Shown: piece by piece, positions 13,740-27,479 of the stretch
Position numbering within the stretch: position 1 is the stretch's first letter
Layout of the letters: the number at the start of each line of letters is the position of its first letter
NCBI GenBank assembly: GCA_028534125.1
Contig: CM052818.1
Coordinates: 29,266,001-29,330,000 of the forward strand
DNA from: Lama glama
Lineage: Eukaryota
DNA length: 64,000 nucleotides
Direction of reading: 5' to 3'
Notes under the pieces: model-generated
What the model was told of the DNA's origin: nothing
Database searches by the model: none
Seen by the model: the letters and a program-made list of their open reading frames with translations, nothing else
Made by a program: the position numbers and the translations under genes

Positions 13740-14410
13740 CTACCTTTGGTACTTCCTTAATCTATTGGTTAAAGGTCATCGGTCCAAGGATGCATGTGAT
13801 GCAGACTGGGCCAGTCATAGTACCTCTTTTGCTTTGGCCACATTGGAGTGTTTCAGGGGTAAACTCCTGATTCAGGTAGACAATTCCATCACCTAATAAG
13901 TCCCTTCCCCACGTTTTTCAGATGGCACCAGAACACCCTTCTTCTATGGCCACATCTTAAGATATAAAACCTAGAACCTATTAGAAGTCACTTTTTCTGC
14001 TTTGCCTACCGTGTTCTGGGAGCCAAGTGGAAGAAGAGGTCTGGGTCTTAACTTTAGTTCTCTGAGTTCAAGTATAATGTGCCCACCTTGAGCTGGGCCT
14101 CATCCAAAGCCCGGTGTCCCCCAGTCTAAACACCCTTATTTTTTCCTCTTGAGAGAGTAAGCTTCCAGTATCCTGGTATTGAATAAAGGAGGGGACAGGA
14201 TCTGGGAACCTAACTGCTTTAGGAAGATTTTCAGCCAGTCTTCCCTATGTTAGTCTCAGCTTTACCTACAGTTTTAATGGTACCTGGTGCCACTAATTCC
14301 TGAGTCTTTGAAGGGTTCTCTAGTGCAAATCGGATTGATTTTCTGGTTTCCACTGTTGAATTAGTAGTCAGCCATCTGCTTTCTAGCTTCCAAAATATTG
14401 TCATTGTGTC
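13740..14410. mobile_element. MLT1-like LTR remnant followed by an old L1 5'-end remnant (minus)
   Basis: gactgggccagtcatagt (MaLR-like) and ttctagcttccaaaatattgtc (old L1 5'-end-like). Degraded. Confidence 0.4.
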
Positions 14411-15070
14411 ACTGTGTAAATGCCCTACCTGACACCTGATTGCAATTGCTCATTAAAGGTGCTTGGCATGGGAGTGACTTGTTTCACAGAAATAGGTAAC
14501 TAATAAATATCTTTCTTATCTTTTCTAAAATTAATAACAAGCCTATAGATTTTCAGTCTGCTTTTCAATATCATATTGCTAATGTCATTAAGTATTCTTA
14601 AATATTCCACTGCCATCAAATATTCCTCCATCTCACTTATTACATCATATATTTTGTCTTAAAAGCAGGTATTTGAAAAACAGTATCTCAACCCTTAAGG
14701 ATGAATTCCCCTAGTGATGTTAATGTGGTGGTGGGAAAAAAAACTGAGTGGAAAAGGCAAAACCAAAGTTTAGAAGTAAAATTAGATACAGAAATGAAAA
14801 GGCCTTCTCCACCTTCGCATCGTGTAGATAAGGCTGTCTCCTTAGAAAAGAATTCCATCCATTTCCTCATTCTTCTCTAGTGAATTTGCTTTTCTACCAA
14901 CATTAGCAAAGAAAATAAATGTAATTTATCTTTTGTTTTTCCTGGCTCCTGATAGAGCACCTGGCACTTCCGAGGTTCTCTGTCAGTGCTTTTGCTTTGG
15001 TAGATGGAGATTGTGAGTTGATTCAATGTATTATTTTTCTATTTGGGTTACTTATTAATATATTATTAAT

Positions 15071-15137
15071 GTATTAATGTAATCTAGTTATTAACACAGT
15101 ATTAATGTAATCTAGTTATTAACACAGTATTAATGTA
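15071..15137. repeat. 28-bp tandem repeat, about 2.4 copies
   Basis: gtattaatgtaatctagttattaacaca at 15071-15098 and 15099-15126, plus a partial third copy. Confidence 0.9.
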
Positions 15138-15873
15138 TGGTATAATGTATTAATGTAGAAACAGTACATTAATGGTTATATTTCAGTATAAATGCATTGA
15201 AATAATTTAATGATTAATACATTATAAATTATGATTTAAGAATAATAATTTAATGTAATGCACTGTGAATACATTATAAATACATTGTAGTGATTTCATT
15301 GTAAGCATATGATATTTTAGGTGCACATACCAATCATTCCTTATAAAGTTACAAAGTGGTTTCTATGGGAAAAATGGAAAGTCAATTCAGAGGGCCAAGA
15401 ACATTCTTAAAAACAATTTTTTGGAGCAATTCTAATTTGTATATCATGTAACAGATGGTCATTATTTATATGTTAAATGTCTTTAACTTTTATTTTGATT
15501 TTAGAATTTTCCAACTGCTTTAACTCTCACTCTATAACCAAAACTTCATGGAATCGGAAATGAACCCAAAATATGATCGTTCAGTTGGCTGCAACTCATT
15601 GCCAGGACTTTAGAAGCCTTTGTTTCCAGGTCCCTGCCATTGGTGGGGCCTTGAGAACCTACAATATCTTTTAGTTTTATCCACTCCATCAGTTCTATTT
15701 TTGTGTCTCCATACTTAGCACACAGAGCTATCTTTATCCCTCCAGCTGACTGGCATGAGAGTCCCCAGGGCATAGTAGTTACACAGGATTATTGAAGCAT
15801 ACTTCCTACCCTTCAAATAAGACAATGCAGAATGCAGAAGACACATCAGAAACTGTCACAATGGTAGAAGGAG

Positions 15874-15897
15874 AGTGTGTGTGTGTGTGTGTGTGTG
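15874..15897. repeat. (GT)n microsatellite
   Basis: Direct reading. Confidence 0.9.
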
Positions 15898-16382
15898 AAT
15901 TGCTAAAGATTTCTTTCTTTGTACTAAGTTCTATGCACTATTAAGAGCACAGTATCTATAATGTTTCCTAGAAGTTCATTTTAGGCTATGTATTATAATC
16001 TGTTCCCATGCCTAAATTCACTTGGAAACATCAAGATAAAATAAAGTTTCTTATAATCATATAATCCAGATTTCAAAAATTGAGAGTTTTTTATAAACCT
16101 CTATTACCTTTATCCTCAATTCAGGAATCCATAGTTACGCAACATTCCATTTGATCCAATGAACAGTCGGATTGTTCTAAGAGGCCAAAATTCAACAACT
16201 GTCAATCCTTTGCTTGCTTTTCAGCAGTTCAGTTGGAGTTGACAGTTGTAAGCGTGGCCTGCTGAATGCATCAGAATGGGGAAGACTGTTGAGTTCTGAA
16301 CGGATACCAAGCTTCACATGCTCTTTCTGTACTGGTGGGAGCACTGCAGCTCTTCTGCTGGGGTTTGCACTGCCCAGTACAC

Positions 16383-16710
16383 TAGACCCTGGGCATCTGA
16401 AGCTACTGAGCACGAGGAACGAGGCTCATCTGAACTGAGATATGCAACAAGCATAAACTACACATGGGATTTCAAAGTCTCAGCACCCAAAATGAAGAAG
16501 GTAATGGATCTCATTAATAATCTTTTATATTGATTGCATTTTGAAATGATAATGTCTCAGCTGTATTGAGTTCAATAGATGAGATTTTTAAAATTAATTT
16601 GTACCTTTCTCTCTTTACTTTCCTAATAGGCCACTAGAAAATATAAAATGACATTTGTGGCTCACATATGTGACTCACTTTATATTTCTAGTGGACAGCA
16701 CTGGTCTAGA
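16383..16710. mobile_element. MER33-like hAT-Charlie element
   Basis: ccactagaaaatataaaatgacatttgtggctcac...tatatttctagtggacagcactggtctaga terminus. Confidence 0.75.
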
Positions 16711-17779
16711 GGCTGCCATAATAAATCACATGACCAGTCATTGGTCTTTTAAGATTGGAAATGAGAGCTGCTGCAGAATTTTACTCTAAATCAGGCTAAT
16801 CAGAAGAAAATATGACCAGGAGTAAAGGTTAGAGCAGCCCCGGCTGGTTAAGTTTCCCATCCAAAGCATTGTAATAGTACCCAACAGGACTGTGAGGTCA
16901 TGTCTATGGACACTGGTAGAGATAAATGTCACGTAGTGTATGTAATACCTGCCTTACTTAGCTCTTTCCCAGTTGATAGCACATCCTTCATTTTCATCTT
17001 AGCTGTTATTAACTGTACTTATTTCACAGCATGGAAACAGGAGAGTGAATCATGAATTCACTTGTTTTGACTTTTTGTTGTTTGTTTCCCCCAACCATTG
17101 CTGCTAAAATGAAGATGAGGAATCTTTTCATAGGAAATGGAACCATGAATTTGATTTTTTAAAATGTAATGGAAAATAAAAACTTCCAAGATTCTATGTA
17201 GGGGCAACAGGTAACTAGTTGTTATTACAGGAGCATCATTACTGGACACACGCACAGGGCGTTCACACTGACCCTGAATAATAATATACATGAAAAATTC
17301 AGTCCCAAATTCCTGATGTGGGATTACCAGATTACTGAATTAAAAACACATTGGGGGTCATTGCTGCCAGCAAAGAGTTGTGTAACTGCTGGTAAAAACA
17401 ATAGTGATTTCTGGAGTAGATTGAAAACAAAACAATATCTTTGTAATGTTCTGAAAGTGTTGCATGAATAGAACTAAGATAGGCCCCACTGCATTTCCCA
17501 GCCTGATTTGCTGACCATCTTGTCTGCCCATAATTGTTTTCTGCCATTCATTTCCTCCAATTGTCAATTATTACTAAAACAATTATGAAAAAAAAACAAG
17601 TATCCGTCTTTGTTTCCTGTTGCTGATGAATACAGTGAAGTCATAGACCAGACTAGTGCATCATAATCTTTTCCATTACAATGAATTATGCTGTCACAAA
17701 CAGGATACAGCTCTGTACTGGGCAGAGAAGCCTAAATGGGGCTGAATTAGCACAAACCTGATCGTCAGCCATGGCAGCA

Positions 17780-18240
17780 AGGAATTAGAGCACTGGGACT
17801 TATTTCTCCACTTTTTCAAAACATACTGATTTTTGTGCCTCATTTGAAAAGTAGAACATGCTTATCCTGGAGACAAAGTAGAAAATAAAAATCAGCATTA
17901 CCTCAACAACCAGAGAGTCTTATTATTAACATTTTGGTGTATGAATTTTTAAGTCTTAACCCTTTTTCGTACATACATTTATGATTTTTAAGAAAATGGG
18001 ATCATTTGATGTATATAATTTTTGCCTTCTCTTTTTCACTTAACTATGAAGTGTTTCTGATGCCATTAAATATTTTAAAGTAATTTAGTGGCTATATGAA
18101 ATTCCATATTGAGGAATAGTATTTAGCAATTCCCTTATTTTGTATATTTGTCCAAAATTTGTCTGTTTCAAATAAGTTTTCTTTTACATACATTTTTGTC
18201 TCAATCTATGAATGTTTCCTTGGGATATATTCCTAAAAGA
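17780..18240 (-). mobile_element. Ancient L1ME-like 3' fragment
   Basis: tattattaacattttggtgtat...aaaatgggatcat...tttccttgggatatattcctaaaa. Confidence 0.55.
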
Positions 18241-18664
18241 TAGACTATTTACTTTTCACTAAAGAATATATTGGATACTTCGAAATAAAATATTTAGAGT
18301 AACAGATCTAGGAAACTTTTGTCACAGTTAAGGCACAGATGTGCATTAAAAATTTAATAACCAAACTTAATGTACATACCTTTCCTAACAGGATACACAA
18401 ATGAAATACTTTCAATAATTACAAAGTTTAAGGTAAATCTAAAATGGATCTATCCAAAATGCCCTTCCGACCAGCCAGCTGTAAGGGTGTAAATAATTCC
18501 ATGATGTCCTTTCCAGAATCTCCTAGCACAGCTGGCTTCTAAACCTTTTAGGAGCCCACAGATGATTCTGCTGTGATTCTGTGACCTCTTGGTTTCCTAA
18601 GGAGCTTGCTTCTAGGCTGCCTGAGCTGTCCTTGACCTAGGCTGGGCATTGTTACCTGATTGTG

Positions 18665-18678
18665 CCACTAGAGGGCAG
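18665..18678 (+). promoter_or_regulatory. CTCF core motif
   Basis: CCACTAGAGGGCAG matches the CTCF core consensus CCAC(C/T)AG(A/G)(G/T)GGC(A/G)(C/G). It lies in unique sequence. Confidence 0.55.
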
Positions 18679-18819
18679 CCAGGGACAGGGAGAGGAGTTC
18701 ACACGCTTGGTCCTGTTTTCAGCATAGTCTTTACTTCATGAGGTAACTGAGGAGAAATCTTAAAATGAGGCACTAAAGGAAAAAAACAATTTAGGTAATA
18801 AATATTAAAATAAAGAGGT

Positions 18820-19970
18820 GACTTCACCTCTGTGAGCCTCGGTTTTCTCATATATTCAGTAGGGCTGGCCGTGGAACCTGCCCGTAGGTGGTTGTGAATA
18901 AGAGAATGGATGTAAAAAGCTTAGCATATAGAAAATGCCCCATCAGTAGTGGGTGTTGTCATTATTTCCGGCCCTTACCTTCCTCCTAAGCTGTTTCCCA
19001 TTTCCAGCTGTCCACTCGATTATCCCATCATCATCTCAAATTGAATGTGTCTGAAACCAAAATCCTTGCCCCCCAACTCCCTGACCTGCTGCTATATCTT
19101 GAACTGTTTCTTCGAACAGACCATGACACATGACATCCTCTCTAACATGTCCTCTCCTCCTAAAACCATATCCAATTAGTTTACAAAATGTGGATTTGTT
19201 CTCTAACCTGTCTTCGGCTAGTTGGTTTCTTTCTGTTGTCACCAGCACCCAGGCCTCGGAAGGTCCTGCCTTGAATGGGCAGATCTTATTGATGTAATTT
19301 CCCTTTCCAAAATCCTCAGTGGCTCCCCAGTGTCTAAAAATTAGATTCTAAATTCTTTAGTCTGGCATTACTGTCCCTCTGCCATCTGACCCCAGCCTCC
19401 TCCAGATGCTTCTCTCTTGCTCCATGTGTGCATTGTCCCTGCTCCTGTCAAGCTGTCCTATCCAGCCACAGTTCCCTGGTAGGACCGCCAGATGTAGGAA
19501 ATAAAAAACACAGGACACCCAGTTAAACATAAGTCAGAGAAACAACAAATATATTTTGTATAAGTATGTCCCATGCAATAAGTCTCATACACACGTGTGC
19601 AATAGGACATCCTCTTTCAGAACAAGCATATGTTATCTGGAATTCACATGGAAGTGGAAGCCTGCATTTCATCTGGCAACCCAGGTACATTCCTATCTGC
19701 CTGTGCACACAGCTCCATTCTCGTCTTGGAAGTTCTTATCTCTTGCTATACAGATCTCCTTCTACTCTTCTTTCAAGGCTTAGCTCAAACCTCATCCCTC
19801 TGTGAAGCCTGCCTGGATTGCGCCTTCCTTATCTGCACTCATCTACATCATTCATTTGGTTCCATACATAGGTTGTCTTACGTCCCCCTATAGTTCTCTC
19901 CATGTAAATGTTGAGTTTATCAAAGGCAGAGGTTGTATTGTAAGTAGGAGAACTTAATAAATCTACTTCA
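18820..19970 (+). mobile_element. MIR plus L2 fragments, interrupted by MER53
   Basis: MIR core cacctctgtgagcctcggttttctcat. L2 motifs catctcaaattgaatgtgtctgaaac and tccaaaatcctcagtggctcccca. Confidence 0.7.
19480..19683. mobile_element. MER53-like hAT MITE
   Basis: Inverted termini gccagat...atctggcaaccc and internal caggacacccagttaaa...taagtatgtcccatgcaata. Confidence 0.75.
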
Positions 19971-22536
19971 GTGGTGGTGCTGCTGACCTGTAATAAAGGA
20001 TGTGAAGGGATGAGAGTGTAGGAGAAAAAGAACCTGCAGAGGCTACTCGTCTGGATTTAAGGTGCTCATAGACCAATGAAAGTCAATATGCAGCTCCCCC
20101 CCACCCACAGCATCAGTCCAGGTGGGTACGGCTTGGCACACTTCTCCCGACGCACCTCCTTCAGCACCTCCTCCAAGTTGTGGATTACATTTGGTGACAT
20201 CTAAATTTCTGAACATTCCGCACTGTCTCTTCAGTAATCTGATTTCACTTATATTCAAAGGTGAGGGTCAAGGGTGACTATACAGTGTAACCTGTAAACA
20301 TAAGTGGTTGTAGGAGCTATACTGGAAACCAGGAAATAAATTTCTGTTTAATTAATCGAGGAGCTTAAAAAAATGACAATTTTTTCTTTTCAAAAAATCA
20401 GGCAACTCTAATAACTTAAAATATTCTCCGTGGCTTAAGAATACATCAAGGAAGCTGTGAAACTATTAGGCCATTCCCAAGAACTCTGTTTTAAGTAAGT
20501 GGTATTTCATGAATACATTTATAAGCATCTGTGGGCATCCAGAAATGAATGACGAACAAGACTTTTAAAAGTGAAAAAATATATATTCTTAGAATAAAAT
20601 GCGTAACTCATCATTGTTTCTATTATTTAAGCCTGTAATAGTGTTTAAAACATTTTTATCCTCATGATGTAAACATGCAAATGCGTCAAATGAGAAATGT
20701 TATTTTGAAACTATAAAAGGAAAAAAAATTCAAGATCAACAGAAATCAGGATCAACTGTACACAACATCTCTAGCGCTAGACCCACGTGGAGCAGCAATT
20801 AGACTACCTTAGATTTCACTTTGTGGAAATAATAAAATGGATTCAGAATTGACTTTGCCGCACTGGAGTGTCCTGGAGACAAGGGCTAAGAGTCTGTTTT
20901 GTTTCTTCAGACCCATCATATTTGTCCAGATTTTGTTTCCCTCTATTTTTAACAACCTAAATTCAGCTAAGAAATACTGCTCTTTCTATTCAAGAATATT
21001 AGACTCTGCTGTTTCCATGGAATGAATTACAATTTTCTAACCAGAAGAAAATAACCCTTAAATTCTTCCAGGAAAGAGAACAGCCAGTGAGAGCCACACT
21101 GAGACAGAACTGAGAGTGGCCTCCTGCGTTCGCTGCAGTCTGGCCAGCTCAGCTTTTCCAGCTTCCAGCTCTGCTATCTTCTTACGACAGATTCTAAACA
21201 TACCAATCTCAAACTGGGATAAGCCAAAATAACAGCAACACATCTCCTCCTGCTCTTCCTCTTCAGTAAACCACCAGAACCTCACTCCTTTGACATCGTG
21301 GTGACATTACTCAAGTTTCTCCAGGACACAAATGTGGTATTATCGGCGATAGAGGCAAACATGGTGCATCATCTAAACAAACGCACTTGTCTGATGGCAA
21401 GGAATGTTAAACGAAGTTGGAATGTCCCTCGGAGCTTTCCAAGCTTTTGTGGGCAGCATCAGCTGCTCTTGGATTCCCTTTCGACCTTTCCACTTCCAAC
21501 CCAGGGACATTTTTTCAGATCACTCAGAAAATATATGTTGAATGACTGTTTTGAAATAATAAGTTAAATGAAATAATGATTGTGAACAGTTTCTGTCACT
21601 GGAGTTGCTAAATACTGTTTTTTGTGCTTCTAGAAGGTTTTCCTTAGTCTGAAAATAAATGTTCAGGAAAAGCTTATCATTAAAAAAATTTAATCTTCAC
21701 TTAATTTTATACAAAATTTAAATTTTAGTTAAAATAACTTTTCTAAAATAGACCTTTGCTTGAGGGCCTGTCTATTAAATATATTCTAAACCAGTATTGA
21801 TTTAAAAAAGTAGATGAATTCTTAATCAGTACTTTGCAAAGGATAGAAAAACAGACAAATATCAAGAAATTATCTTTCAGAAAGGACCTTCTATGAAATT
21901 ATGTAAACTATTTAATTTCCTGCTGATAATGAAGCCAAAGAAAACTTAGTGGAGATAAAGCTATCTTAAGAAAACCACTAGCTAAAAAATATGTATTATT
22001 GTTAAAAACCAAAGATGTCATATCACTGAGGCTGATTTCTACGTTTCTTCAGAGATATAAGTAAAGCTTCTGAGCCCTGCATGAGGATCTGCCCTCCGGT
22101 TATATACACCATGTCTGTGGCTGATACCCACAGTGCGTGATGTGCATGTATACGCAACAATGGATGGTCTGGAAAAGGGCACTTACCTTAACTCACAGAC
22201 ATGGGATCATTTCAAGCTCATCCCTCTGTGGAAGACTCTCTCGTTCTGCTTCACTGACTCCTGCCCAGCTTCTCTTCCACGTGTCTAAACACCCAGAGAT
22301 TCCTGTTTTCTCTTCCAACCTGCTGCATTCACCTCCATTGCCCAAATCCAGTTCAGAAGTGGGGAGAGGGAAAAAAATTGAATTTGCAAGCTGTTTACGC
22401 CTCACGACAACAGTGAAGCTGCTAAGCTTTGAGCTCAATGGATTAGAGGTTGTTTGGCTAAATGGCAGGCAGACTTCCTCCTATTCTTTCTGAACTTAGT
22501 TTTCCTGCCTCCAGCGGAGCTTTTTCCTTTCCTGGG

Positions 22537-22546
22537 CTATAAATAG
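22537..22546. promoter_or_regulatory. MEF2 consensus / TATA-like site
   Basis: CTATAAATAG. Motif only. Confidence 0.25.
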
Positions 22547-23636
22547 GCTGGTCGTAAGAGTACAGAGGAAAGAAGAAGGCAGGAAATGCATTTGATTTCA
22601 AAAAGCAGTCTTAGGTGTGTGTGTGTTTCAAATGAACACCAATAAACAAGTTAAGGAAAATTCAACTTTGGTGTGTGTACCATTGCCAACATTTTCTTTA
22701 ATTTCCTGTAACCTTGGTTTGGCTATATGTTGTCATTTCCCATAAGCAAAGCTTGGGTTTGGAGATGTCTCATTTTGTATATAAACCATAAACAAACCTA
22801 CATCTAAGCCTTCATTTTTCAAAGAAGTGCCATAAGAATCAAATTTCCAGGGGGGAAACGAGGAAGGGGGTGGACAAGGGGGGTTACCATAATTGTTTCT
22901 TTTCATTCAAAAGGAGGTGAAGCAGTACTTTTCGAGGCAAGATTCAACAAAAGGAAAACGTCAGGTGAACAAGAAAAGCAGATATTTTTGCTTGAAAGAA
23001 TGTATAATGTTGAATTTATAAACCGTCTATCATTTATCAACCAGCCATCTGTACTAAATTAATAGATTGTCCACAGTCTTGCTACTCAAAGTTGTTTAAC
23101 TTTTCTCATAATTATATGCAACAAAAACAAAAATAAAATCTAGGTGTCATTTTTTACATGTCAGATTGATCAAAATTTCAGATTTTTGTGATACCATTGA
23201 AGTATGGTGAAATCAGCATCCATAGAATAGTAGATGGAAGTGTAAACTGGCATAAACTGTTGATACAGGGTACTTCTTGACTTCTTTCAAAATGTTAAGT
23301 GAACATTCTCTAACAAGATGCTTAAATATGGTTGATTCTGCAAAGTGGGAGTGGAGATCTGGAATGGGGGACAGTTTTGTTTCTGATATACATATATTGT
23401 GCTCTTTTATCTTTTATACTATGTATGCCATGCTTTAAAAACTTATTAATTTTAAAGATAGAATTTTAAAAACTTATTACTTAGGGTCCTTCATAGGATT
23501 CCATTAGTTATCTGTTTATTTTCTATTATCTACCTGTTGATCACTCTACACTTAACTGTCTCAACCAGCTTCTCTTTACATTGAGGTAACACTTTGAGAA
23601 GCAATACTGGGATATTTAGAGAATCTCTGGACAGGA

Positions 23637-23771
23637 GGGGCTACTCAGGGCGCCGTCCACAGACCAGTAGCATCAGTAGCATTTTGATCAGCATCTCCAG
23701 GACAGGGGCCCAGGAATCTGTATTTTCACTCCAGGTGGTTCTGATACTCACTAAAGTATGAGAAGCACCGG
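23637..23771. mobile_element. MER5-like hAT-Charlie element
   Basis: ggggcccaggaatctgtatttt...ccaggtggttctgat...ctaaagtatgagaagcac. Confidence 0.7.
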
Positions 23772-23831
23772 TCTATTGGATTCTTTTGTTTCTTTGTTTA
23801 TTAATATTCAACCCTCTAAAAAGAGTCTGAG

Positions 23832-24069
23832 CATACAGCAAGGTGACTAGAGTTAATAATACTGTATTGCATATTTGAAAGTTGTTGAGTGAGTAAATCT
23901 CAAAAGGTCTGATCACCAGAAAGAAAAATTTGTATAACTATGAATGATGGCAGGTGTTAACTAGATTCATTGTGTTGATTTCACAATATGTACAAATATC
24001 AAATAATTATGTTGTACACCTGAAACTAATATAGTTATACGTCAGTTATACCTCAAATAAATAAATAAT
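23832..24069 (+). mobile_element. L1MA-like 3' end, 5'-truncated
   Basis: gttaataatactgtattgcatatttgaaagttg...tgttgtacacctgaaactaata plus an A-rich tail. Imperfect TSD aaaaaga(g/a)t(c/t)tgag at 23818-23831 and 24070-24083. Confidence 0.8.
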
Positions 24070-24131
24070 AAAAAGAATTTGAGACACTGATTTTATTTTA
24101 TGCAAGAATAAGGATTTTTTTAAACACTTTT

Positions 24132-24314
24132 GTGTGTATATATATTTTTTACTGAAGTATAGTCAGTTTACAATGTTGTGTCAATTTCTGGTGTACAGCA
24201 CAATGCTTCAGTCATACATGAACATATATATATTCATTTTCATATTCTTTTTCACCTTAAGTTACTACAAGATACTGAATATAGTTCCCTGTGCTATACA
24301 GTATAATCTTGCTG
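24132..24314 (-). mobile_element. Young 5'-truncated L1 3' UTR fragment (same subfamily as 3910-4128 and 53715-54806)
   Basis: ctgaagtatagtcagtttacaatgttgtgtcaatttctggtgtacagc. Perfect 12-bp TSD ttaaacactttt at 24120-24131 and 24315-24326. Confidence 0.88.
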
Positions 24315-26849
24315 TTAAACACTTTTAATGCCACTGACTACTATTTAGAAGGCTAGAAGAGTTTTTACACATAAAAGTTAAAAAGCCACACTAACTTCCC
24401 AATTACTTTGGAGGAGCTACCAAAGTAACTGCAAGGCAAAAGCAGTAGAAAGAGCGAGCGATGGAGAGACGAAAGCACTCTCTCATTTGGGGGTAGTCAT
24501 GATAAAAAACATACATTCAAAGCAGGCTTTACTAACAGCTATGTTAGAAAATTATAAGTTGCCTGAAATAAGACAAAACCAAAGAAAATATGAAGAAATT
24601 TAAGTCTCTAAACAGAAACAAAATGTTCCACTCCCCATTTTTGTTTAATGATTTGATTTCGGTTTTCTGGCCCAGCACCTCTTGTCCATTCACAGCCTTA
24701 ATGCCAAGCCCTGCAGATGAGAAACAATGAGTTGAACAATGAGCTCAGCCGGAGCTGGTGAGGGAAAAGCGGGAGTGTCTGCCTCCCCCAGCACAGATGG
24801 GGAGGAAAAGAGTCCTTTAAAAAAACAAAAAAGAGAGAGAGAAAAAGGAGTGAATGACCTCGTTGTAACAGCAGAAAGGAAGAAGGAAGTCCATGGTGGT
24901 CAGGCTGTAACAGCTGCAGTGTATTCAGGTGGCTACAAGGTACACGAGTTGACTTTGGCAAGAAAATGACTGGCAACCGGGTAGTATGTTTCTGGGAGCA
25001 AACCATCCTCCCACATGAGAAGAATGAGCTCTTCTGAGAAACTCCAGGTCCACTTACCAGGCTTTCATTGTTCTCTGAAAACTTTCCTTCTCTTTTTGTG
25101 GGGAATTATTTTACTTCTCAAAAAGAGCAACTTCACGCCCTCCCGACATAGCCCGTCTCTAGAACTGAAGCTTTAAAACATTTTTGGAAACAGAAAGGCT
25201 CTGTACTCTTAATCTAAAATTAACGATAGACTCTCTTAAAAGGCATTAGGGGGAAAAAGTCAAAGGCCTCATGAGGAAAGGTATGTGCAAATTTCTTCAG
25301 CTATTTTGGTTCTGCAAGTGGAGGAAAACACATTTTTTATTGCAGTCATCTACAAAGAATTTCAATGAATACAGTATAAAGGAAACCCAAGCAGAAGTCC
25401 TCAAGGAAAATGCAAAAAAGTCTGTGTATTATTTCTCAAATGACCCCAATGCACAGCATGTATCTGAGCCTGAATGCCTTGTAAGTATTTTAAATAATAA
25501 CCTTTGTTCACAAAGTGCAGAAGTTCTAGGTGTTACCAAAGTGTGAGGAAACTGTGTTCCTTTGACTCGAATGGTTGTATCATACTAATAAACATAAATC
25601 AGACCTGTTGGAATGTCTAATCCAAAGGACACAGGTAAAGGATGGGTCTCTAAATTTTAGCAGCAACATTGAAAAGATGGTTGCAAGTTAGGAAGGAATT
25701 CCACGTTATAAAGATAAAATATAAAAGTTAACAACTTTTTAAAGGAACTAGAAGACTTAGTGGAATAAGAGTGAAACTTTTCCATTAATTTTAGTGAAAT
25801 CAAATTGTGTTCATCAGTAGCTTATTTGTACTTGGCCTAACTGTCAGTAAACAAGAAAAAGTTACCTTGCAGAATTGCAATAATCTTGGCACAGATGAAA
25901 CAGTTCACCATATCTCCCAGGAGAAGCCCAGCCTTGGTTAAAATTCAGTGGGAAAATCAAAACTAGACTGCCCTCCCTGGATTTGGCTATGGCCTTGATT
26001 GGTATTCTGTCACTTTGTCATGTACCTAAAATAAAATAGTGCTAGTTTCCAGGTAATGATGATTAAAAAAAAATAATAATCTTGAGATTCTCTAGTAATA
26101 AATGCCTAGAGTTTATCAGTTTCATCAAGACTAAAATCTGATGTCATAATAACTAACGGAAATTCTAATTGATGTTGTGGTAAAAGTTTTTCTGTTAATT
26201 TTGAAACATAGACACTTTTCATTGTTTTTGTCAGTTGTGTGTTCTTTTGGGGAAAAACCTTTGGACTCAACCTAAAGTGGTTCATGAAGCTAATCACTGA
26301 TAGGGGCAGGAAGAAGCAAAACCATCACTGGGAGGAAAATATGCAGAAAAGAAAACAGATCATTATAGGGACCGTTCAAGGCACACTTCTGAAGACAGGA
26401 AGATTGCCATGGGCTCCAAGAGCACTGATGTCCAAACAGTACCTTATTTTTGTGCAGCATTTGGAAAGAGGAAGAGAAGGAAGTAGGAAAGAAAACATGG
26501 CAGTGAAATTGACTAACCTATCAAAGATTAAAATGTGTTGCTTTGGCAGACACTCTGTTCTGGTTGAGGCCAAGTGGTAGGCTGGTTGCTAATTTAATAG
26601 TTCATACAGTTTCCTTGCTTGCACAGTAGATTAGTTTGAATTCATAATAGAGTCAATACACTCTGTAATCCCCAGAAACATATGATTATACAATTAATGA
26701 AAAAAATGAAAACTGAGTTTATATTGATGTTGTCAAGGTGAACACAATCACAAGCTTTAGAATTCTTACATAAAGTTTGGGGTGCAAATTCATCCCAATT
26801 AGATGCAGCAAGTTAAAATAACTGAGTCTTCTGGTTGTATCCAGTATGA

Positions 26850-27352
26850 CCAAAAGACTCTCTCCCTTGCTGGCTTGAAGAACCAACTGCCATGGCGTGA
26901 GCTGCCTCTGGAGAGCACATGGCAGGGTACTGAGGGCAGCCTCCTTCCAACAGCAAGCAAGAAACTGACACCTTCGAGCCGTCAGCCTGCAAAGAACTGG
27001 ATGCTGCCAACAACACATGAGCTGGAAGCAACTCCTTCCCCAGTAAAGCCTCAGATGAGATGAAAGCCTCAGCTGACAACTTGATTGCATCTTTGTAAGA
27101 CTCTGAATCAGTGGATCCAGCTAAGCTGTGTCTGGCCAGGCAGGCTATAGGAGAGTCTCCTATCATGATGGTTAACAGCTATGTGTAAGGTCATCATATA
27201 CACATAACCATGTATATCCTGTCACCTTTGCTGCATTCTGTTAGTTAGAAGCAAATTGTAGGTCCTGCCCATTCTCAGAGGAGGGGGACAGAAGGGTGTG
27301 AATACCAAGAGGCAGGGGATCACGGGGGCCACCCTAGGGTCTATCTGTGACA
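26850..27352. mobile_element. Two MLT1 (ERVL-MaLR) LTR fragments in opposite orientation
   Basis: Plus piece: cagcaagaaactga...gctgccaacaacacatgagctggaagc...agcctcagatgaga. Minus piece: cacctttgctgcattctgttagttagaagc...gggtgtgaataccaagaggcagggg. Confidence 0.75.
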
Positions 27353-27479
27353 ATGGGTAACCAACCTAGAAGGAAGAAACAAGTACCCATAATACCAGGT
27401 GAATTTCTAAAGGATGGCTAGGACAGTGTTATCCACAAGCAGAATAGACAAAACAACTTCTTAAATTTTCCTCCTTCAA

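Noticed and set aside
15546..16413. Exon-like segments at about 15546-15658 and 16125-16330
   Set aside because: Plausible acceptors exist, but the frames hit stops quickly and I recognise no protein.
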